Origin: Rickettsia typhi
Lineage (GTDB): Bacteria; Pseudomonadota; Alphaproteobacteria; Rickettsiales; UBA1997
Length of the DNA: 64,000 bases
Assembly (NCBI GenBank): GCA_945862075.1
Contig: CAMAWV010000002.1
Location: 6,872-70,871 of the forward strand
Direction: 5' to 3'
Shown here: positions 59,668-64,000 of the stretch, in pieces
Position numbering within the stretch: the first letter of the stretch is position 1
Layout of the letters: each line of letters opens with the position of its first letter
Made by a program: the position numbers and the translations under genes
The notes under the pieces: generated by a model
The model's database searches: none
The model's input: only the letters and a program-made list of their open reading frames with translations
Told to the model about the DNA's origin: nothing

Positions 59668-60078
59668 TTAACGGTTAGTATCGAAATATTGAGCACTGTT
59701 AGGAATTTTATAGTATTGATCTTGATCTTGAATTTGAGGCATTCTTTGTAAAACTGGTTGTGGAATAACATAAGGATTGGTATAAATTGTTGAGCCGCCT
59801 TGATAATAGTGATATGGATAATAAACTGGCTGATAACCATATTGTTGTTGATAATTTAACTGATTCGCAGGAACATAATATTGATTGGGAACAGGGTTTT
59901 GATTTGGATAGGCAGGTTGATGTTGTTGTTCTGGTTGTTGTTGACTTTTATTATTGTTTTTAAAGTAAGAATCTGGTAAAGGATCATCGTGTGGATAAAG
60001 ATAATAACAGCCACAAATCAAGCACAGCCACACAAAAAGTAATGAAGTTTTAAAAATTTTTATAGCAGTGCTAAACAT
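59668..60078 (-). CDS. Gln/Pro/Tyr-rich putative lipoprotein (paralog A)
   Basis: Lipobox-like LCLICGC, then a low-complexity QQQPEQQHQPAYPNQNPVPNQYY...YGYQPVYYPYHYY tract, and the motif TNPYVIPQP shared with the next gene. Confidence 0.6.
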   Translation of the reverse strand: MFSTAIKIFKTSLLFVWLCLICGCYYLYPHDDPLPDSYFKNNNKSQQQPEQQHQPAYPNQNPVPNQYYVPANQLNYQQQYGYQPVYYPYHYYQGGSTIYTNPYVIPQPVLQRMPQIQDQDQYYKIPNSAQYFDTNR

Positions 60079-60094
60079 ATTATTTGGTTGAGTT

Positions 60095-60379
60095 TTAATT
60101 TGGATGAGAATATTTTAAGGGTAATGTGTAGTATTTGTCAACATCATAATTAGGATAATAAGGTTGCGGAATAATATATGGATTAGAATAAGTCATTGAT
60201 TTATAATTTTGATTTATAATTGGTTGAGTACGTATATAAAAATCGGGGCTTGGAGGGGGTAGATTATTATCATAAGGAATATTGTTTGGTAATTTATTAA
60301 TAAATTTTGGATTACTAAATTCGCTTGTTGCACAAGAAATAAGATTGAAAAAAAATAGTATAATAAAAAATTGTTTCAT
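60095..60379 (-). CDS. Pro/Tyr/Asn-rich putative lipoprotein (paralog B)
   Basis: Lipobox FNLISCA, the shared motif SNPYIIPQPYYPNYD, and a position 16 nt upstream of paralog A on the same strand. Confidence 0.6.
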   Translation of the reverse strand: MKQFFIILFFFNLISCATSEFSNPKFINKLPNNIPYDNNLPPPSPDFYIRTQPIINQNYKSMTYSNPYIIPQPYYPNYDVDKYYTLPLKYSHPN

Positions 60380-60453
60380 ATTTTGTATTATTTTAAAAAA
60401 ATAATGCTACATTTTAAGTTCTTGGTTAAGAATAGCAAATAATTTTCACATAA

Positions 60454-61575
60454 ATGATTAATTTAACTGAATATGATTTAAAATTTATTAATTATGCCAT
60501 AAGAATGGCTAAAATTAATTTTGGTAATACTGGCGAAAACCCTAGTGTTGGTTGTGTTATTGTCAAAGATAATCAAGTTCTTAGCGCTGCTACAACAGCT
60601 GTTGGCGGTAGGCCTCATGCCGAAATTGTTGCCATCAGTAAAGTGGAAAATAAACATTTGTTAATTGGGGCAACAATGTTTGTAACTCTTGAGCCGTGTT
60701 CTCACTATGGCAAAACAAACCCTTGTGTATTAAGTATTATTGAGCATAAAATTGCTAAAGTAGTGATTTGTCATCAAGATATAGATTTGCGAGTGAACGG
60801 CTTGGGTATTAAAGCCTTACAAGAAGCAAAAATAGAGGTGGTACTGTTAAATAATTTTACAGAAGCTCAAGATCAATTTTTTTTCTATGCTAAAAAGCAT
60901 CAAAAATCTTGGCTCGCCGCTAAAATCGCCACTTCTCTTGATGGTAAAATTGCCACTCAAAACCAACAAAGCAAATGGATAACCTCATTGCAAGCAAGGC
61001 AATATGGCAATTGGCTACGAAGCCAATATCAGGCAATTATGGTGGGCGCAAATACTGTAAAACAAGATAATCCAAGTTTAGATTGTCGAATTGCTGGTTT
61101 AGAGCATTTGTCGCCAATTAAAATTATTGTAAGTGCCAATCTTGATTTTACTTTTTGTGAAACGGTTTTTAATAACCAAACTATCATTTATATTATTACC
61201 GCAACGAATCAGCAACACAATAAAAATTTACAACAATGGCTTGCTAAAAACCAGAATCATCAAGCAATTTTTTTGCCACATCAAAACGGCTTATTCGATT
61301 TAGAATTATTGCTTAAAAAACTTTATCAGCATAATATTAACTCGGTTTTGCTAGAAGGTGGAGCCAAATTATTTACTGGTTTTTTACAGCAAAATTTAGT
61401 GCAAGAATTAATCTGGATAAAAAGCCAAAAAATACTTGGCAACGAAGGTTTATCAGCAGTGCAAAATCTCAATATTTTAGCAATTAACGATGCTTTGCAA
61501 AATCTAAAAATACACTCGCATTTTAGTTTAGAAAATGATTTAATTACTAGATACCATAACAATTCTAGTAACTAA
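60454..61575 (+). CDS. ribD: Bifunctional riboflavin biosynthesis deaminase/reductase
   Basis: Deaminase zinc motifs HAEIVAI and TLEPCSHYGKTNPC. The reductase domain has KIATSLDGKIA and LLEGGAKL. Confidence 0.9.
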   Translation: MINLTEYDLKFINYAIRMAKINFGNTGENPSVGCVIVKDNQVLSAATTAVGGRPHAEIVAISKVENKHLLIGATMFVTLEPCSHYGKTNPCVLSIIEHKIAKVVICHQDIDLRVNGLGIKALQEAKIEVVLLNNFTEAQDQFFFYAKKHQKSWLAAKIATSLDGKIATQNQQSKWITSLQARQYGNWLRSQYQAIMVGANTVKQDNPSLDCRIAGLEHLSPIKIIVSANLDFTFCETVFNNQTIIYIITATNQQHNKNLQQWLAKNQNHQAIFLPHQNGLFDLELLLKKLYQHNINSVLLEGGAKLFTGFLQQNLVQELIWIKSQKILGNEGLSAVQNLNILAINDALQNLKIHSHFSLENDLITRYHNNSSN

Positions 61576-61651
61576 AATCATTGAAAAATAATTGTCATTT
61601 TTTAAAATATGGCAAAACATAAAATTCTATTTATTATCAAAAAAGTAAAAA

Positions 61652-63196
61652 ATGAAAAGCACACAACAAAGAGCAACTCTACAACGCCAAATCTGGCAAA
61701 TTGCCAACGAAGTTCGAGGTGCAGTTGACGGCTGGGATTTCAAACAATATGTGCTAGGCACGCTTTTTTATCGTTTTATCAGCGAAAATTTTGCTTCTTA
61801 TATGAAAGGCGATGAAACTATTAATTACCTAGAACTTGCCGATAAAGTTATTACTCCTGCCATTAAAGATGATGCCATTAAAACCAAAGGCTATTTTATT
61901 TATCCTAGCCAGCTATTTGCTAATGTTATTAAAAATACTCATAACAACGAAAGCCTCAACACAGACCTAGCCAAAATTTTCTCTGAAATTGAAAAATCAG
62001 CCATCGGCTACCTTTCAGAAAACGATATTAAAGGTCTTTTTGCCGATTTTGATACCACTAGCAACCGCCTTGGCAATACAGTAAAAGATAAAAACACCCG
62101 TTTAACCGCCGTTCTTAAAGGAGTGGCCGAGTTAGAATTTGGGGATTTTTCTGGTAGTCAAATTGATTTATTTGGCGATGCTTACGAATTTCTTATTTCT
62201 AACTACGCCGCCAATGCTGGCAAATCTGGCGGTGAATTTTTTACCCCGCAAAATGTTTCTCAATTAATTGCCCAACTTGCAATGCACAAGCAAGAAACTG
62301 TCAACAAAATTTACGATCCTGCTTGTGGCTCGGGCTCTTTATTGTTGCAAGCTAAAAAGCATTTCGATGCCCATATTATTGAAGAAGGTTTTTTTGGCCA
62401 AGAGTTAAACCACACCACTTATAACCTTGCCAGAATGAATATGTTTTTACACAACATTAATTACAATAAGTTTGAAATTAAGTTAGGCGATACTTTGCTT
62501 CAGCCTCATTTTGGAAACAGCAAACTATTTGATGCTATTGTTTCTAACCCGCCTTATTCGGTGAAATGGATCGGCTCTGATGATCCCACCTTAATTAACG
62601 ACGATCGCTTTGCCCCAGCAGGAGTGCTTGCCCCAAAATCAAAAGCCGACTTTGCTTTTGTGCTTCATGCATTAAGCTATCTTTCAAGCAAAGGGCGGGC
62701 GGCAATTGTTTGCTTTCCTGGAATTTTTTATCGTGGCGGAGCCGAACAAAAAATAAGGCAATACTTGGTAGATAATAACTATGTTGAAACCATTATTTCA
62801 CTGGCTTCAAACTTGTTTTATGGCACCTCAATTGCGGTTACAATTTTGGTTCTTGCGAAAAATAAAAAAGACACCAACACCCAATTTATTGATGCTAGTG
62901 GCTTGTTTAAAAAAGAAACCAACAACAACGTTTTAACCGAAGATAACATCAGCCAGATTATGCAAGTGTTTGATAGCAAAGAAAATATTCTGCATTTTGC
63001 TAGATCGGTGCCATATGCAGAGATTGTTGCTAAAGATTACAACTTATCGGTTAGTAGCTATGTTGAAGCCAAAGATAATCGTGAGGCGGTTGATATTACT
63101 AAACTCAATTCTGAGTTAAAAATTACAGTTGAAAAAATTAATCGCTTGCGTGCCGATATTAATACAATTGTTGCAGAAATTGAAGGAGGCTCTTAA
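61652..63196 (+). CDS. hsdM: Type I restriction-modification system methyltransferase subunit
   Basis: N-terminal HsdM domain ([11 protein letters not shown]...[16 protein letters not shown]), SAM motif [11 protein letters not shown] and catalytic NPPYS. Confidence 0.9.
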   Translation: MKSTQQRATLQRQIWQIANEVRGAVDGWDFKQYVLGTLFYRFISENFASYMKGDETINYLELADKVITPAIKDDAIKTKGYFIYPSQLFANVIKNTHNNESLNTDLAKIFSEIEKSAIGYLSENDIKGLFADFDTTSNRLGNTVKDKNTRLTAVLKGVAELEFGDFSGSQIDLFGDAYEFLISNYAANAGKSGGEFFTPQNVSQLIAQLAMHKQETVNKIYDPACGSGSLLLQAKKHFDAHIIEEGFFGQELNHTTYNLARMNMFLHNINYNKFEIKLGDTLLQPHFGNSKLFDAIVSNPPYSVKWIGSDDPTLINDDRFAPAGVLAPKSKADFAFVLHALSYLSSKGRAAIVCFPGIFYRGGAEQKIRQYLVDNNYVETIISLASNLFYGTSIAVTILVLAKNKKDTNTQFIDASGLFKKETNNNVLTEDNISQIMQVFDSKENILHFARSVPYAEIVAKDYNLSVSSYVEAKDNREAVDITKLNSELKITVEKINRLRADINTIVAEIEGGS

Positions 63197-63198
63197 TT

Positions 63199-64000
63199 AT
63201 GAAAAAAGACAATAATTTGATAATCCAGCCACCAATAGGCTATATTGATTGGCTATCAGAGTTAAAAATAAAAATTCATAACGCTCAGCAACGCGCAACT
63301 CTGGCGGTAAATAAAGAATTAGTGCTTTTGTATTGGCAAATTGGCAATGAGATTTTAACTAGACAAGAAAAGCAAGGCTGGGGGGCGAAAGTTATTGAGC
63401 GGTTAGCTTATGATTTACGAACTGCCTTCCCCGAGATGAGGGGCTTTTCCCGCACCAATCTACTCTATATGCGCTCTTTTGCCGAAGGTTGGCCTGATGA
63501 GCAAATTGTCCAACAAGCTGTTGGACAATTGCCATGGGGACATAATTTAGTTTTGCTTGATAAACTTAAAAATAGTGAAGATCGTGTTTGGTATGCTAAA
63601 AAAACCATACAAAACAACTGGTCGCGTAATGTTTTGGTGATGCAAATTGAAAGCAAGCTTATTGCAAGACAAGGCAAAGCGATAACTAATTTTGCATTAT
63701 GCTTGCCAAAACCGCAATCCGATTTGGCAATTGAAAGCCTCAAAGACCCTTATCGTTTTGATTTTTTGAGCTTGGGCGAAGAAGCGGGGGAGCGAGAAAT
63801 AGAAAATGCTTTGGTTAAGCAAGTAACGGCATTTTTATTGGAGCTTGGTGCTGGCTTTGCTTATGTTGGCAAGCAAGTTAACATTGAGGTTGGTGGCGAT
63901 GATTTTTTTATCGATCTTTTATTTTATCACCTCAAGCTTCGTTGTTATATCGTTATTGAGCTTAAAACTGGCGATTTTAAACCCGAGCATTTAGGTCAGC
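63199..64000 (+). CDS. DUF1016/YhcG-family PD-(D/E)xK nuclease-like protein (3' end beyond the window)
   Basis: Absent from the ORF track because it is open at the window end. ATG 63199 lies 2 nt after the hsdM stop and is preceded by GAAGGAGG. It reads MKKDNNLIIQPPIGYIDWLSELKIKIHNAQQRATLAVNKELVLLYWQIGNEIL...WGHNLVLLDKL...DPYRFDFL...FAYVGKQVNIEVGGDDFFIDLLFYHLKLRCYIVIELK. The D...IELK nuclease core is visible. Confidence 0.8.
   Translation, partial: MKKDNNLIIQPPIGYIDWLSELKIKIHNAQQRATLAVNKELVLLYWQIGNEILTRQEKQGWGAKVIERLAYDLRTAFPEMRGFSRTNLLYMRSFAEGWPDEQIVQQAVGQLPWGHNLVLLDKLKNSEDRVWYAKKTIQNNWSRNVLVMQIESKLIARQGKAITNFALCLPKPQSDLAIESLKDPYRFDFLSLGEEAGEREIENALVKQVTAFLLELGAGFAYVGKQVNIEVGGDDFFIDLLFYHLKLRCYIVIELKTGDFKPEHLGQ

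Noticed and set aside
60380-60453. Looked for an FMN riboswitch upstream of ribD
   Set aside because: Only 74 nt of AT-rich spacer with none of the conserved FMN-element sequence. It is too short for the aptamer.
63465-63743. Track ORF 63465-63743 (-), 92 aa
   Set aside because: It is antisense to the DUF1016-family frame, which has clear family motifs and a strong Shine-Dalgarno sequence, so the minus-strand ORF is spurious.

Overview
This is a visibly AT-rich chromosomal window that looks like a reduced-genome, host-associated alphaproteobacterium (Rickettsiales/Holosporales-like). That assignment is inferred from an archaeal-type ValRS, scattered nuo genes, tlyC, an ELM1-family gene and an origin-like region beside hemE. 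I can support about 60 protein genes and 5 tRNAs, all with encoded CCA ends. I found no rRNA, no CRISPR array and no intact mobile element. Most genes are tightly packed housekeeping functions: complex I fragments (nuoF, nuoABC, nuoHI), heme (hemE, hemH), pyrimidine (pyrC, pyrB), his/NAD/riboflavin fragments (hisC, hisF, nadC, ribD), envelope and division (ftsI, murD, glmU, plsC, bamB), translation and targeting (valS, ffh, ybeY), and mdh, tmk, coaD, ilvC, fadE and grxC. The standout is one uninterrupted 15,003-nt ORF (29478-44480, 5000 aa) starting 28 nt after murD. It encodes a membrane-anchored, cysteine-rich giant protein. Its C-terminal ~700 aa reads as a chain of back-to-back four-cysteine modules with the C..GY..C..G.W..C signature of eukaryotic Sushi/CCP domains, including a recent tandem module duplication. 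A decayed non-coding region with a transposase-like remnant follows it. Other notable items:
- A candidate oriC between hemE and a bolA-family gene, with nine TTATT[A/C]ACA boxes and two TTAA-N7-TTAA motifs.
- An orphan lipoprotein secretin in a tight cluster with two uncharacterised membrane proteins.
- An orphan protein with an Inc-like bilobed hydrophobic domain.
- A small secreted KAPK-repeat protein with a consensus promoter and a perfect hairpin terminator.
- Two tandem Pro/Tyr/Gln-rich lipoprotein paralogs.
- An ftsI-coaD-ELM1 overlapping operon.
- A less AT-rich type I R-M module (hsdM plus a DUF1016 nuclease) at the right edge.
Two edge-truncated genes that are absent from the ORF track were recovered by reading the sequence: nuoF (1-768) and the DUF1016 gene (63199-64000).
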